Shown: positions 10,650-21,945 of the stretch, one piece after another
How the letters are laid out: each line of letters begins with the position of its first letter
How positions within the stretch are numbered: the first letter of the stretch is position 1
Assembly (NCBI GenBank): GCA_963850905.1
Contig: CAWKMU010000004.1
Coordinates: 448,001-512,000, forward strand
Direction: 5' to 3'
DNA: 64,000 bases
From: an uncultured Gemmatimonadales bacterium
GTDB taxonomy: Bacteria; Gemmatimonadota; Gemmatimonadetes; Gemmatimonadales; Gemmatimonadaceae
Made by a program: the position numbers and the translations under genes
Notes under the pieces: model-generated
Told to the model about the DNA's origin: nothing
Databases searched by the model: none
What the model saw: the letters and a program-made list of their open reading frames with translations, nothing else

Positions 10650-12538
10650 TCAGGCGTCTCGTTCGTTCATCGGGGGGACGGCCATGTGCTCGACCTCGCG
10701 GCCAGACGCCCTCCACGACGTGCCGAGCGCTGAGCGGGAACCCGCCGTAGACCAGCACGGAGCGCAGCTGCTCCTTCGGCACGCTCGTCTCGAGCGTCAG
10801 CAGTGACTTCAGTTGCGCATCGCGATTCTGCTCGACAACGAAGCAGATCTCATGCTCGAGCAGAAACGCTTCGACACGCTCGTCGAACGGGAACGCCGCG
10901 AATGCGCATGTAGTCGGCGGGCACGCCCCGAGCTGCGAGGACGTCCATCGCCTCCCGCAGCGCCGGATCGCAGCCGCCGATCCCGACCACACCGAAGCGC
11001 GCGCCCTGCGACGCCGCCGGATCTCGGGCTGCGGCACGAATGCGCGCGGCGGCCTTGTGCTTCCGCGCCAGCCGATCCATGACCTCCCGGTATTCGTCCG
11101 GCATCTCGGTGTACGCCGCCCAGCTTGTTGTGCCCGGAGCCGCGAATGAAATAAGCCCCCTTCGCGTCCACGCCGGGGAGCGTGCGCGCCGCCACAAAGT
11201 TCTCGTCCCAGGGCGAATAGCGGAAATACTTGGCGCCTCGCTCCAGCTCCTCGGCGGTCAGCACACGACCCCGATCGGGACGGAAGGCATCGTCCCACTT
11301 CAGGCGCGGGAGTCACCCAATCGTTCATGCCGATGTCGAGATCGGACAGCATGATGCACGGGCGTCTGAAACCGCTCCGCCAGATCGAAAGATTTGACGG
11401 CGAACTCGAAGCACTCCGCCGGATTCGAAGGGAACAGCAGAATGTGCCGCGTATCACCGTGCGAGGCATAGGCGCACTCCAGAATGTCGCGCCTGCTGGG
11501 TGCGCGTCGGCATGCCCGTGGACGGGCCCACGCGCTGCACATCGATCACCACCGCCGGGATTTCGGCGTAGTACGCCAGGCCAATCAGCTCATTCATGAG
11601 CGAAATGCCCGGTCCGGCAGTCGAGGTGAACGCCCGCGCGCCATTCCACGACGCGCCGAGCACCATGCCGATGGCCGCGAGCTCATCCTCGGCCTGCAGG
11701 ATGACGAAGTTGTTCTTGCCGGTGGCGGCGTCGCGGCGATACTGCTCGCAGAACGCCTTGAACGCATCCATGACGGACGTCGCCGGCGTGATGGGATACC
11801 ACGCCGCCACGGTCGCGCCCGCGTAGAGGCATCCGAGCGCGGTGGCCGTGTTGCCGTCGATCAGGATCTTGTCGGCATTGGCATCCATCTTCTGCAGATG
11901 GAACGGCAACGGACACGCGAAGTGCTCCTTCGCGTAGTCGTACCCGAGCATGAGCGCGCGGCGGTTCGATTCGAGCAGCGCCTTCTTCATGGCGAACTTC
12001 TCCGTCAACAGCGTCTCGACGATGGGCATGTCGATGTCGAGGCGCCGCCAGGAGCGCCCCGGCGTAGGCGATGTTCTTCATCAGGATCCGCTCGCGCGGG
12101 TCCGCGAACGCCTGGTTGCACATCTTCGCCAGCGGCACGCCCAGGAACGTCACATCATCCGCGCACGAGCTCGGGATCGAGAGGCCACGAGGAATCGTAC
12201 ATCAGGTAGCCGCCGGCGCGAACCTCGCGGATATCGCTCTTGTAGGTCTGCGAATCCATCGCGACCATCAGGTCGTAGTCCAGCGCCCGCGCACCGTAGC
12301 CGTCCTTGCTCACCCGGATCTCATACCAGGTCGGGAGACCTTGAATGTTCGACGGGAAGAGATTCTTGCCGGTGACCGGAATGCCCATGCGGAAGATCGC
12401 CTGCATGAGGAGACTGTTCGCGCTGGCCGATCCGGTGCCGTTCACATTGGCGAGCTTCAGCGGCGAAATCATTGACTGCCCGCAGTGCTCGAGACCGGCC
12501 GCGCGCCGCGACGCCTGCACGTCGTGACAGACACTCAT
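10650..12538 (-). CDS. 2-oxoacid:acceptor oxidoreductase alpha subunit (several frameshifts; ends approximate)
   Basis: ANVNGTGSASAN, YPITPAT, QAEDELAA, TSTAGPG, QRVGPSTGMPTRTQQ, VVEQN. Confidence 0.88.
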
Positions 12539-14341
12539 GGCTGCGCCCCGTTCGCGATTCGGCATGCCGGCGTACGGAAGGAGGAGATCGAATTTCATCA
12601 TGTCCCAGGCCGCAGTCGGACAGCGTTCGGCGCACAACCCGCAATGGACGCAGACATCTTCGTCCTTCACCATGACACGTCCCGTCTGCGGCAGCGGCTC
12701 GGACGCATAGATCGCCTGATCCAGATTGCCCGCAGGGGCCGAGAGCCGCTCGCGGAGCTCGGACTCCGCACCGTCGTGAGTGATGGTCAGGCACTGCACC
12801 GGACAGATATCGATGCACGCGTCGCACTCGATGCAGCGCTTGGCCGTGAACTCGGTTTCAATGTCACAGTTCAGACAGCGCTGTACTTCGCGCGCGGTCT
12901 GCTCCGCGGAGAATCCCAGCTCGACCTCGACATTCAGCTGCTCGAAGCGCCGCACCAGATCGACGTGCTGCATCTTCTGCCGCGAGGCGGGATTGTAGTC
13001 GTTGTGGTAGCTCCACTCGCTGATCCCCATTTTCTGGCTGACAGGTTCATGCCCTGCCCGGGACGGTCCGTGACAGGAACGCCTTCGCACTGGTTGTGAA
13101 TGGAGATCGCCGCTTCGTGTCCATGCGCCACAGCCCAGATGATGTTCTTGGGCCCCCAGGCGGCATCGCCGCCGAAGAAGACACCCGGCAGCGTCGACTG
13201 GAACGTGACCTCGTCGACCACGGGCATATCCCGCTTGTCGAAGTCGATGCCGAGGTCGCGCTCGATCCACGGGAACGCGTTGTCCTGTCCGATGGCAAGG
13301 ATCACATCGTCCGCCGGGAAGAACACGGTGTCGAACACGCGCGACGTCTTGGCCTCGGCGTCCCACTCGAGCCGCTCGAAATCCATGCCAAGCAGCTTGC
13401 CGTTCTCGATCACGAAGCGCTTGGGGGCATGGTTGATCACGATGTCGATGCCCTCTTCCTCCGCGTCGTCCAGCTCCCAGGGTGACGCCTTGAAGAAGCC
13501 GCGTGGCCGCCGCGCCATGACTTTCACGTCCCGACCGCCCAGGCGGCGGGATGTTCGGCAACAGTCCATGGCGGTGTTGCCAACGCCAATGATCAGCACC
13601 CGTTCCCCGATCGAATGCGATGTGTTCGAAGGCGACCGACTCCAGCCAGTCGATGCCGATGTGGATCCGATCAGTGTCATGGCGCCCAGGGATCTCGAGA
13701 TCCTTGCCCCGCGGCGCGCCCGTCCCAACGAATACCGCGTCGAACGGACGCCCGTCCATCCCATCGGTGAGCAGCGCCCGCATACTGGAGACGGGACTGT
13801 TATACCGGACGTCGACCCCCATGTTGAGGATGACGGCGACCTCGTCGTCCAGCACAGCCTCGGGCAGGCGGAACGACGGGATGTTCGTCCGCATCAGTCC
13901 GCCAGGCTTATCCTGCTTCTCGAAGAGCGTGACCTCGTAGCCCAGTGGCCGCAGGTCGTTGGCCACGGTCAGCGAGGCAGGCCCGGCGCCGATCAAGGCG
14001 ACGCGCTTGCCATTCGAGTGCGGCGGAATCGTGGGCAGCAAATGCGAGATTTCACCCCGCAGATCGGCCGCTACACGTTTGAGGCGGCAGATGGCGACCG
14101 GCTTCCCCTGCGGACCGTCGAGGCGGCCGCGTCGGCACGCCGGCTCACAGGGCCGGTCGCAGGTCCGTCCGAGAATCGCCGGGAAGACGTTCGACTCCCG
14201 GTTCACCATGTAGGCTTCGGTGTACTTCCCCTGGGCGATCAGGCGAATGTACTCGGGCACGTTGGTGTGAGCCGGACACGCCCATTGGCAGTCGACGACT
14301 TTATGGAAGTAGGCGGGGTCGCGTGTATCGCTGGTCTTCAC
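12535..14341 (-). CDS. GltD-like FAD/NAD(P)H oxidoreductase with C-terminal 4Fe-4S ferredoxin domain (frameshifts)
   Basis: CQWACPAH, CDRPCEPAC, GAGPA, GVGNTAMD, CIECDACIDICP, CVHCGLCAERCP. Confidence 0.88.
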
Positions 14342-14564
14342 GGTAGTGCGCTTCCCTCGAGGTTGACCCACACGACAGAAGGCCGACCGTCAATCGAGCG
14401 CGTCGGCAAGGCTTGCAGCTTTTGCGGATCGTAGCCAATCGGCCGACAACCGCCCCCCCTCCCGAGGGAGCTGGACAGACCGACCGCCTAAAGGAGAAAG
14501 TACGGCTGGTCCACAAAACACGGAAGGCGCGGCCGGCGACCCGCCGAGGAGACGCAAAGGATTT

Positions 14565-15167
14565 ATGTCCACTGTGCTCGACGCGCGCGGCTCGGCCGCC
14601 CCTAAACGCTGTAGCTGGGCCAACACGAGCGATCCCCTCATGGTGGAATACCACGATCGCGAGTGGGGTGTTCCCGTCCACGACGATACCACGCACTTCG
14701 AGTTCCTGCTCCTCGAGGGGGCGCAGGCCGGGCTCAGCTGGTCGATCGTGCTCCGAAAGCGAGCCGGGTACCGCCGCGCCTTCAGCCAGTTCGATCCCCG
14801 CAAGGTGGCGCGGTACCGCCAGGCACGAACGGACAAGCTCGCGGCGGATCCTGGAATCGTTCGTAACCGCTTGAAGATCGAGTCGGCCGTCACCAACGCC
14901 CAGGCCTTCCTCCGTGTGCAGAAGGAGTTCGGGACGTTTGACGCCTATTGCTGGCGGTTCGTCGGAGGCCAGCCACGGGTCGGCCGAAGGGTCACCATGG
15001 GTCAGGTCCCGGCGACGTCCCGCGAATCCGACGAGCTCAGTAAGGACCTCAAACGGCGAGGATTCCGGTTCGTCGGCTCGACCATCATCTACGCCTACAT
15101 GCAGGCGGTCGGTATGGTGAACGACCACCTGGTCACGTGCTTTCGATATCGTGAGCTTCTGGGATAG
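14565..15167 (+). CDS. tag: DNA-3-methyladenine glycosylase I
   Basis: YHDREWG, LEGAQAGLSW, GIVRNRLKI, GFRFVGST, VNDHLVTC. Confidence 0.95.
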   Translation: MSTVLDARGSAAPKRCSWANTSDPLMVEYHDREWGVPVHDDTTHFEFLLLEGAQAGLSWSIVLRKRAGYRRAFSQFDPRKVARYRQARTDKLAADPGIVRNRLKIESAVTNAQAFLRVQKEFGTFDAYCWRFVGGQPRVGRRVTMGQVPATSRESDELSKDLKRRGFRFVGSTIIYAYMQAVGMVNDHLVTCFRYRELLG

Positions 15168-15191
15168 CGTAACCCGTAACCCGGCCTTTCA

Positions 15192-16638
15192 ATGCGCTCC
15201 ATCCGATCTACTGCCCGTCGCGCGAGCCTGCTGCTCGCTTGGACCATCGTCCCCGTCACCGCGTCCCCACTCCATGGACAAGCGGCGCCAGGCCTGCCCG
15301 GCGACGCGCCCCCTGGTGTGCTGCCGGGAGTGAAAATCGGCGGCAGCCCCAACGTGCACCTCCTGGCGCACATCCCGCTCGGCGGATACGCCCAGGTGAG
15401 CAACGTCGACGTGGAGCAGGAAGCGTCCCGGCCGTACGCGTACGTCGCCCAGATACTCGCCCATACCGGCTTTTCGATCTTCGACTTGCACGACCTTCAC
15501 AACGTCAAACTCATTTACCACTGGACCTTCGAGAATCTCGCGTTGCACCAACCGTTCACGGGTGGAGTCGACGGGAAGTACTTCAAGCTCAACGGTCGAT
15601 ACTACTTCATCCTGGCGACGCAGTTTCACCAAGGGACCCCCGACGCCGATCTGGGCGCGGTGATCGCGGATGTGACCGGGCTTCCCGATACCAGCAAGGT
15701 CAGAATCGTCGCACGAATCCGCGCCCCTGAGACGCCGGGCGGGTTCCACATGCTCTTTCCCTATAAGCACTCGGATGGACGCACGCTCTTGTTCACCACC
15801 GCAATGGCACCCCGCGCCAACGTCTACGACCTGCAGAAGGTGCTCGCCGGCGGCGACGCGGCGCAGTGGAAGGTGGGAGAGGTCCCGGTGCCCGACACAC
15901 GGGAGAACACACCGCTCGGGCTACAGGGTTATCACGACTTCTATGTGGCGTACGATGCCGCCACGCATCAGGACAAGTTCTACGGGGCCGGGCGTGGCGG
16001 CTACTACGTGTACGACATCACCAACCTGGCGGAGCCCAAGTTGCTGACCTCGATCGCTGGGACGGCGGGCGTCTCATGGGGCCACACCATCACGCCGGAT
16101 CCTACAGGTCGATTCGCCGTCACCGAGACGGAATACACCTTCGCGCCGCTCCGGATGTTCGACCTCAAGCCAGGTTTGGATGGCAAGGTGCAGACGATTA
16201 CGCAACCGATCGGCGCTTGGAACGCGGATTGGCACGACCTCGCGCACAATCACGAAGTGCGCTGGCCGCTCGTCTTCGTGTCGGGCTACGAGGACGGGTT
16301 GCAGATCTTCAGCATGTACGACCCAGCACACCCCGTGACGGTCGGTTGGTACTACACGTGTCAGTGCACGCATGACGAAGGCATCGGGGGAGGGCCGCCG
16401 AGCTGGCATGCACACGGAAGCGTCATGCAGGGCCCCTTCGGCGTCGACGTGCGGAACTACGACGGCTTGATCCTTATCAGCGACTCGAACACGGGCCTGT
16501 GGACCTTCAAGATGGACGGCTTCGACGGATGGAACGGGCACGATTGGGGGGTGCCCAACATTCTCGAGTGTGCAGGACTACGACCACGGTCCCGAAGGCG
16601 CCACCCCACACACCGGTCACCCCGCCGCGTCCCCCTGA
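15192..16638 (+). CDS. Secreted LVIVD-like beta-propeller protein, paralog A (frameshift ~16562)
   Basis: Signal peptide; near-identical blocks with 40395-41904 and 54827-56272. Shifted tail SSVQDYDHGPEG matches the paralogs. Confidence 0.75.
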
Positions 16639-16640
16639 TC

Positions 16641-17831
16641 TCACGTCTCCATCGGCAGCCCCACATAATTCTCCGCCAATGTCGTCGCCGCGGCCCGTGA
16701 ACTGGTGACGTAATCGAGCTCTGCCAGTTGGCGCCGATGATCGAATGCACTGGCGCTCTCATCGCGGTGGAGCATGGATGTCATCCACCAGGAAAAGCGC
16801 TGCACTTTCCACACGCGGCGCAGACACGTCGCGGAATATGCCGCCAACCCCGCGCGCTCACCGGTGGCAAAGTAGTCAGCCAAGACGCGCGCGAGCACCA
16901 TCACGTCTGCGACCGCGAGGTTGAGCCCTTTGGCACCAGTCGGCGGGACGATGTGCGCCGCATCGCCAGCCAGATACAATCGTCCGTACTGCATCGGCTC
17001 GACGACAAGGCTCCGCATGTCGGTGATGCCCTTCTGCAGAACGGCTCCGCGCGTGAGCGCAAATGTGCCATCGGTGGTCGCGAGCCGGCGATCCAACTCC
17101 TCCCATACCCGTCCGTCGGGCCACGCCTCAACGCGCTCGTGGGGCGTGCACTGCAGGTAGAGCCGGCTGATGTCGGGCGACCGCATGCTGACCAGCGCGA
17201 AGCCCCGGTCGTGGTGCGTGTAGATCAACTCACTCGAGGGCGGGGGAGAGGCCGAGAGAATGCCGAGCCAGGCAAACGGGTACGCCCGTTCGTATTCGAC
17301 GAGTGAACCCGCAGGGATGCTCCGGCGGCTGATGCCGTGGAAGCCATCACAGCCTGCGATGAAATCACAGGTGAGTTGGCAGTCCCGACCCTCATGCCGA
17401 AATCTCAGCGAGGGCCTGTCCGACGTGAGATCATGCAACGAGACGTCCGCGACTTCGAAGAGCAGCGGAGCACCCGTCACTTGCCGCGCGTCGATCAGGT
17501 CCTTCACCACTTCCTGCTGTCCGTAGATGGTGATGCCGCGCCCCTGCGCGAGATCGTCAAAGTCGATGCGATGTCCCCGTCCCGCGAACCGAAGCTCGAT
17601 CCCCCGGTGCACCAGACCCAGGCGGCCGAGTCGTTCGCCGACGCCCATCGCACGCAGAAGATCCACCGTTCCCTGTTCAAGCACGCCCGCCCGCACCCGC
17701 TCTTCGACATACTGCCGGGTTTGCGCCTCGACGACGACGCTGTCGATCCCCTGCAGAGAAAGCAGTCTCGCGAGCGTCAAGCCCGCTGGTCCAGCGCCGA
17801 TTATTCCAACTTGCGTTCTCGTGGTCGTCAC
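16641..17831 (-). CDS. pobA: 4-hydroxybenzoate 3-monooxygenase
   Basis: RTQVGIIGAGPAGL, RAGVLEQG, YGQQEV, GCDGFHG, GDAAHIVPPTGAKGLNLA, AENYVGLP. Confidence 0.97.
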   Translation of the reverse strand: MTTTRTQVGIIGAGPAGLTLARLLSLQGIDSVVVEAQTRQYVEERVRAGVLEQGTVDLLRAMGVGERLGRLGLVHRGIELRFAGRGHRIDFDDLAQGRGITIYGQQEVVKDLIDARQVTGAPLLFEVADVSLHDLTSDRPSLRFRHEGRDCQLTCDFIAGCDGFHGISRRSIPAGSLVEYERAYPFAWLGILSASPPPSSELIYTHHDRGFALVSMRSPDISRLYLQCTPHERVEAWPDGRVWEELDRRLATTDGTFALTRGAVLQKGITDMRSLVVEPMQYGRLYLAGDAAHIVPPTGAKGLNLAVADVMVLARVLADYFATGERAGLAAYSATCLRRVWKVQRFSWWMTSMLHRDESASAFDHRRQLAELDYVTSSRAAATTLAENYVGLPMET

Positions 17832-17887
17832 GGCTCGCTCGGCAGGATCCGGGTTTCGCCGGTATCTACTTCCGACGCTCTGGAGGT

Positions 17888-18300
17888 CTACGGTCTCGGG
17901 CGCGGAATGCCCGCGTCGCTATCGAGCCCCTCGAATACCGATTCGGCAGCACGGAACGCAGAGTGTGCCGCGGGTACACCGCAATACACTGCCGCCTGGA
18001 GTAAGACCTCCTTGATCTCGTCGCGCGACACGCCGTTGTTCAAGGCCCCACGCACATGCATCCGAAATTCTTCGGGGCGGTTGAGCGCGATGAGCATGCC
18101 GAGCGTCAGCAGGCTGCGCGTTGGACGAGGGAGGCCAGGTCGCGTCCAGATCTCCCCCCACGCATAGCGGGTGAGCAGGTCCGAGAACTCTCGATTGAAC
18201 TCCGTGAGGCCGGCTTGAGCACGATCGACATGCGCGTCGCCCAAAACGGCGCGCCGGATCGCGATCCCCGCTTCCCGCGTTTCTGCAGGAGTCGCGCGCT
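17888..18300 (-). CDS. pcaC: 4-carboxymuconolactone decarboxylase domain (no own start codon; probably fused to pcaD)
   Basis: RRAVLGDAHVDRA, YAWGEIWTRPGL, HVRGALNNG, AVYCGVPAA. Confidence 0.85.
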
Positions 18301-19091
18301 CAGGCGGCGAGGAAGGTCGAGAGCGTGTGTGTGAAGGCGGCTGGGTTTTCGACATTCGACAGGTGGGCGGTGGGAAGCTCGGCGTATTCCGCATTCGGGA
18401 TGTGCGCTGCGAGCCAGCGCACGTCTTCGATCGGGACCGCGGGGTCGCGCGCTCCGGAGACGACAAGCACAGGGCAGCGGATATCGGGAGCGACAGCACG
18501 GAGATCGCCGTCGCGGAGGGCCTCACAACACCCGGTGTAGCCCGGGACCCGGGTATCGAGAAATTGCTGCTCGATCGACCGAACGGCGTCGGGGCAACGC
18601 GCGCGAAACTCTTCCGTGAACCAGCGCGCCATCACCAATGGGGCGATGCCCGCCATGCCGCCCTGCCGCACGAGCGCGATACGGTCATTCCAGGTGGCGA
18701 TTGTCCCGATCCGGGCGGCCGCGTTGCATACTGCCAGGCTGACGATGCGTTCTGGGGATGCGACGGCGAGGTACAATCCGGTCAACCCGCCCAGTGACAA
18801 TCCACAGAAGTGCGCGCGATCGATGTCGAGATGATCGAGCAGATCGATGACATCGTTGCCCAGCTGCATGAGGGTGTAGGGGCCCGGTGGCACGCTTGAC
18901 CGGCCGTGACCCCGGGTATCGTATCGCACGACACGCCACCGACCGACGAGATCGTTGATCTGCGCGTCCCACATGCGAATGTCTGTTCCGAGCGAATTCG
19001 ACAGCACCAGCACGGGGGCGTCGGGCTGGCCACGCACATCGTAGCGGAGCGACCGGCCCGCGAGGCTCGCGACCGACAGCGAGTCAGTCAC
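18300..19091 (-). CDS. pcaD: 3-oxoadipate enol-lactonase
   Basis: VLSNSLGTD..MWDAQ, RYDTRGHG.S, GLSLGG, AHLSNVE. Confidence 0.92.
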   Translation of the reverse strand: MTDSLSVASLAGRSLRYDVRGQPDAPVLVLSNSLGTDIRMWDAQINDLVGRWRVVRYDTRGHGRSSVPPGPYTLMQLGNDVIDLLDHLDIDRAHFCGLSLGGLTGLYLAVASPERIVSLAVCNAAARIGTIATWNDRIALVRQGGMAGIAPLVMARWFTEEFRARCPDAVRSIEQQFLDTRVPGYTGCCEALRDGDLRAVAPDIRCPVLVVSGARDPAVPIEDVRWLAAHIPNAEYAELPTAHLSNVENPAAFTHTLSTFLAA

Positions 19092-20439
19092 GCGTGCCCC
19101 CGATCTCTCGACCGGCGTCCAGTACTCGGTCGATCAGTGGCTGCGACACCGCAGCGTGAGGTCGCGGATCGAAGAGCGCGACGAGTTGGTCGGTTGTCAG
19201 ATGGGCACGAACGATGGGATCGGCCGCGAGGATTTCTTTGAGATGGCGCCGCTCCCGCATCGCGAGCCGTGTCGCCGCCTCGACGACCCGGCGGGCTTCG
19301 GGTCGACCGACGCGGTGTGCCAGGGCCATGGTGACCGACTCGCTGTACACCAGCCCCCCTGTCGACTCGAGATTGGCCTGCATGCGGGCGGGATCGACGG
19401 TGAGACCACTCAATGCAGCGAGCAAGTGGTGCAAGGCGCCGGCCGACAGGCGCACGATCTCGGGCACACTCTCCCACTCCGCTTGCCAGCCGCCCAGTCC
19501 GCGTTCGTGCTCCTGCACCATCCCCGCGAGCACGCCGCCGGTGAGCGCAGGGACTCGGACCGCTGCCGCAAGAGTAACAGCCGCCGCGACGGGGTTGCGT
19601 TTGTGCGGCATGCTGGACGAGGCGCCTCGACCCGGCGCCGTTGGCTCTGCCAGCTCCGCGACTTCCGTCTGGGATTGCAGCGCGAGGTCGCGGGCAATTT
19701 TACCGAGCGTTCCTGTCAGCAGCGCGAGCATGGAGGCAACTGCCGCGATGCGATCTCGGTGCGCATGCCATGACACCAACGGCATGGGGATGGCGAGCAA
19801 CCGCGCCACGGTGCTGCCCACCACGATCCCCTGTCCTCCCAGCGCGGCCAGCGTACCACCAGCGCCCCCGAATTGCAGGGCGATGTCTCGTCGGCGCACG
19901 TCGGCGAGCCGACCTGCATGCCGATCGAGGGCGTCGAGCCAACCCGCCACCTCCAGACCGACGGTGGTTGGGACGGCGTGCTGCATCCACGTGCGCGCCA
20001 CGACCGGCGTTGATCGATACTGTTCGACGAGGCGCCGAGCGATCCGACGAATCCGCGAGAGATCATCATCGATCGCCGCGAGGGCATCCCGGAGCTGCAG
20101 CATGAGCGCGCTATCGATCACGTCCTGGCTCGTCACACCCCAGTGGACGTATCGAGCCGCTTCCGCATCGACGGCGGCGACGCGGGCAGTGAGTTGTTGG
20201 ACGAGCGGGATCGCGAGATTGCCCGCCTGCCCTGCCTCGGTCGCGAGAGCCACGAGATCGAAGCGCCCGGCGTCGCACTGCTGGCCGATCCGCTCGGCCG
20301 CGGCCGATGGGATCAGACCGGCCGCCGCCACTGCTTGCGCAAGCGCGGCTTCGAAGTCGAGCATGCGCTGGATGGTGCCGGCCGCCGAGAAGATGTCGGT
20401 GACGCGAGGGGCGCCGAAGAGTGGCTCGAAGAGCGTCAT
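19084..20439 (-). CDS. pcaB: 3-carboxy-cis,cis-muconate cycloisomerase
   Basis: MLDFEAALA, HWGVTSQD, QFGGAGGT, SSSMPHKRNP, EHERGLGGWQAEW. Confidence 0.95.
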   Translation of the reverse strand: MTLFEPLFGAPRVTDIFSAAGTIQRMLDFEAALAQAVAAAGLIPSAAAERIGQQCDAGRFDLVALATEAGQAGNLAIPLVQQLTARVAAVDAEAARYVHWGVTSQDVIDSALMLQLRDALAAIDDDLSRIRRIARRLVEQYRSTPVVARTWMQHAVPTTVGLEVAGWLDALDRHAGRLADVRRRDIALQFGGAGGTLAALGGQGIVVGSTVARLLAIPMPLVSWHAHRDRIAAVASMLALLTGTLGKIARDLALQSQTEVAELAEPTAPGRGASSSMPHKRNPVAAAVTLAAAVRVPALTGGVLAGMVQEHERGLGGWQAEWESVPEIVRLSAGALHHLLAALSGLTVDPARMQANLESTGGLVYSESVTMALAHRVGRPEARRVVEAATRLAMRERRHLKEILAADPIVRAHLTTDQLVALFDPRPHAAVSQPLIDRVLDAGREIGGTRD

Positions 20440-20455
20440 GCCGAAGAGTGGGAGC

Positions 20456-21010
20456 TCAAATGTCGAAGAAGACCGTCTCGTCTGGCCCCTGCAAATGAAC
20501 ATTCCAGGTATACGTGTCGGGCGATCCGGACCGCGGCTCCGCGAGCAGGGTCCTACGCCGTGCGGCATCGACGAGTTTGAGGATCGGGTCCGTGCCGTTG
20601 TCCGCTTCGTCCGCGAAGTAGATGCGCGTGACGAGATGCTTGAGCAAACCGCGCATAAAGATCGCGACGACCAGATGCGGAGCCTGCGGCGTCCCGTCTG
20701 GCCCGTTCACGCGCCCGGGCAGGATGGTGCGTAACTGGAACTGCCCCGCGTCGCCTGTTGCCACGCGGCCGAAGCCTCGGAACTCTCCCGGCTGGGCGCT
20801 GGTTGGATAACTGCCACGTGCATCCGCTTGCCACGTTTCGATCACGGCATCGGGTACGGGCGTACCGCGGCCATCGAACACCACCCCCTGGACCATGATC
20901 GCATGGCCTGCCGCCCCGCGTGCGACATCAGCGACCGCCAAGGCCTCGAGCCCCAGCTGAAAGAACGGACCGACCGTCTGCGATGGCGTCGTGCCCGGAT
21001 GCTGAGTCAC
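20456..21010 (-). CDS. pcaG: Protocatechuate 3,4-dioxygenase alpha subunit
   Basis: TPSQTVGPFF, ETWQADA, GFGR, QAPH, RGLL..L.TRIYF, ETVFFDI. Confidence 0.96.
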   Translation of the reverse strand: MTQHPGTTPSQTVGPFFQLGLEALAVADVARGAAGHAIMVQGVVFDGRGTPVPDAVIETWQADARGSYPTSAQPGEFRGFGRVATGDAGQFQLRTILPGRVNGPDGTPQAPHLVVAIFMRGLLKHLVTRIYFADEADNGTDPILKLVDAARRRTLLAEPRSGSPDTYTWNVHLQGPDETVFFDI

Positions 21011-21714
21011 TAACGCTCCATCGGAGTCGCAGCGACGCCGCGCAACACGATATCGAATCGGTAGCCGAGCGCCTCATTCGGAACAGTGGTCGTCCAGTCA
21101 AACGCAGAAATGAGCCGCGTCCTGGCAGTGGCGTCAGCCGTACTGTTGTAGATCGGATCAAACGCCAGCAGCGGATCCCCTGGGAAATACATCTGGGTCA
21201 CGAGGCGAGCCGCGAAGGCCGGGCCAAAAACAGAAAAGTGGATGTGCGCGGGTCGCCACGCATTCGGGTGATTCAGCCACGGGTACGCGCCGGGCTTGAC
21301 CGTGACGAACCGGTAGCGCCCCGATTCGTCCGTCAGGACATGGCCGCGGCCGCAAAAGCCGGGATCCAGCGGCGCATCATGCTGGTCACTGCGATGCAGG
21401 TAACGACCTGCGGCATTCGCCTGCCAGATCTCGATCAACGTGTGGCGCACCGGTCGGCCGCCTTCATCCAACACCTGCCCACTCACGACGATCCGCTCGC
21501 CCAGCGCCCGGCCCGACCCGGTAGTCGTGAGATCGCACGTGCTGCCCGCGGTGTCATCTGCCGCAAACGACGGACCGGTGAGTTCCGAGACCGTATGCGG
21601 CACCACGATGGGCGATTGCGTCGGGGCGCGGTCGATCGACGCCGCATACGGCGGATGGAGGTACGGCGGTTGTGTCCCAGCCTCAGGGCGCGGGTAGCGC
21701 AAGACCTGGCTCAC
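21010..21714 (-). CDS. pcaH: Protocatechuate 3,4-dioxygenase beta subunit
   Basis: GERIVVSG, EIWQANAAGRY, PGAYPW, WRPAHIHFS, TQMYFPGDP. Confidence 0.96.
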   Translation of the reverse strand: MSQVLRYPRPEAGTQPPYLHPPYAASIDRAPTQSPIVVPHTVSELTGPSFAADDTAGSTCDLTTTGSGRALGERIVVSGQVLDEGGRPVRHTLIEIWQANAAGRYLHRSDQHDAPLDPGFCGRGHVLTDESGRYRFVTVKPGAYPWLNHPNAWRPAHIHFSVFGPAFAARLVTQMYFPGDPLLAFDPIYNSTADATARTRLISAFDWTTTVPNEALGYRFDIVLRGVAATPMER

Positions 21715-21841
21715 GCTCGAGTCCTTCGCGTTCGGTTGGTATGCAAGGTAGCGCGCCGACCGCCTGCGGCCAGTCAATGTCGGCAGCGGAGCACCCCGCC
21801 AAATTACCAGGGGGCAGTCACTGGCCCTCGGTGTTAGTTCC

Positions 21842-21878
21842 TGGCCCCTGACCCCTGACCCCTGACCCCCTGACCCCT
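21842..21878 (+). repeat. Heptamer array (TGACCCC)n
   Basis: tggcccc tgacccc tgacccc tgaccccc tgacccc. Confidence 0.85.
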
Positions 21879-21945
21879 CGCAGTCGCAATGTTCGACTGG
21901 CCCTCGCGGTTTGTTGTAGTCCTGAACCCGGAATCCGATTTTCCT

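Noticed and set aside
9585..14341. Pseudogenisation or programmed frameshifting of the oxidoreductase operon and other split genes
   Set aside because: Motifs are intact and single-base indels occur throughout the window, typical of long-read error. This cannot be settled without reads.
19214..20734. 506-aa plus-strand ORF and many similar overlapping ORFs
   Set aside because: Antisense shadows of well-supported genes in high-GC DNA.
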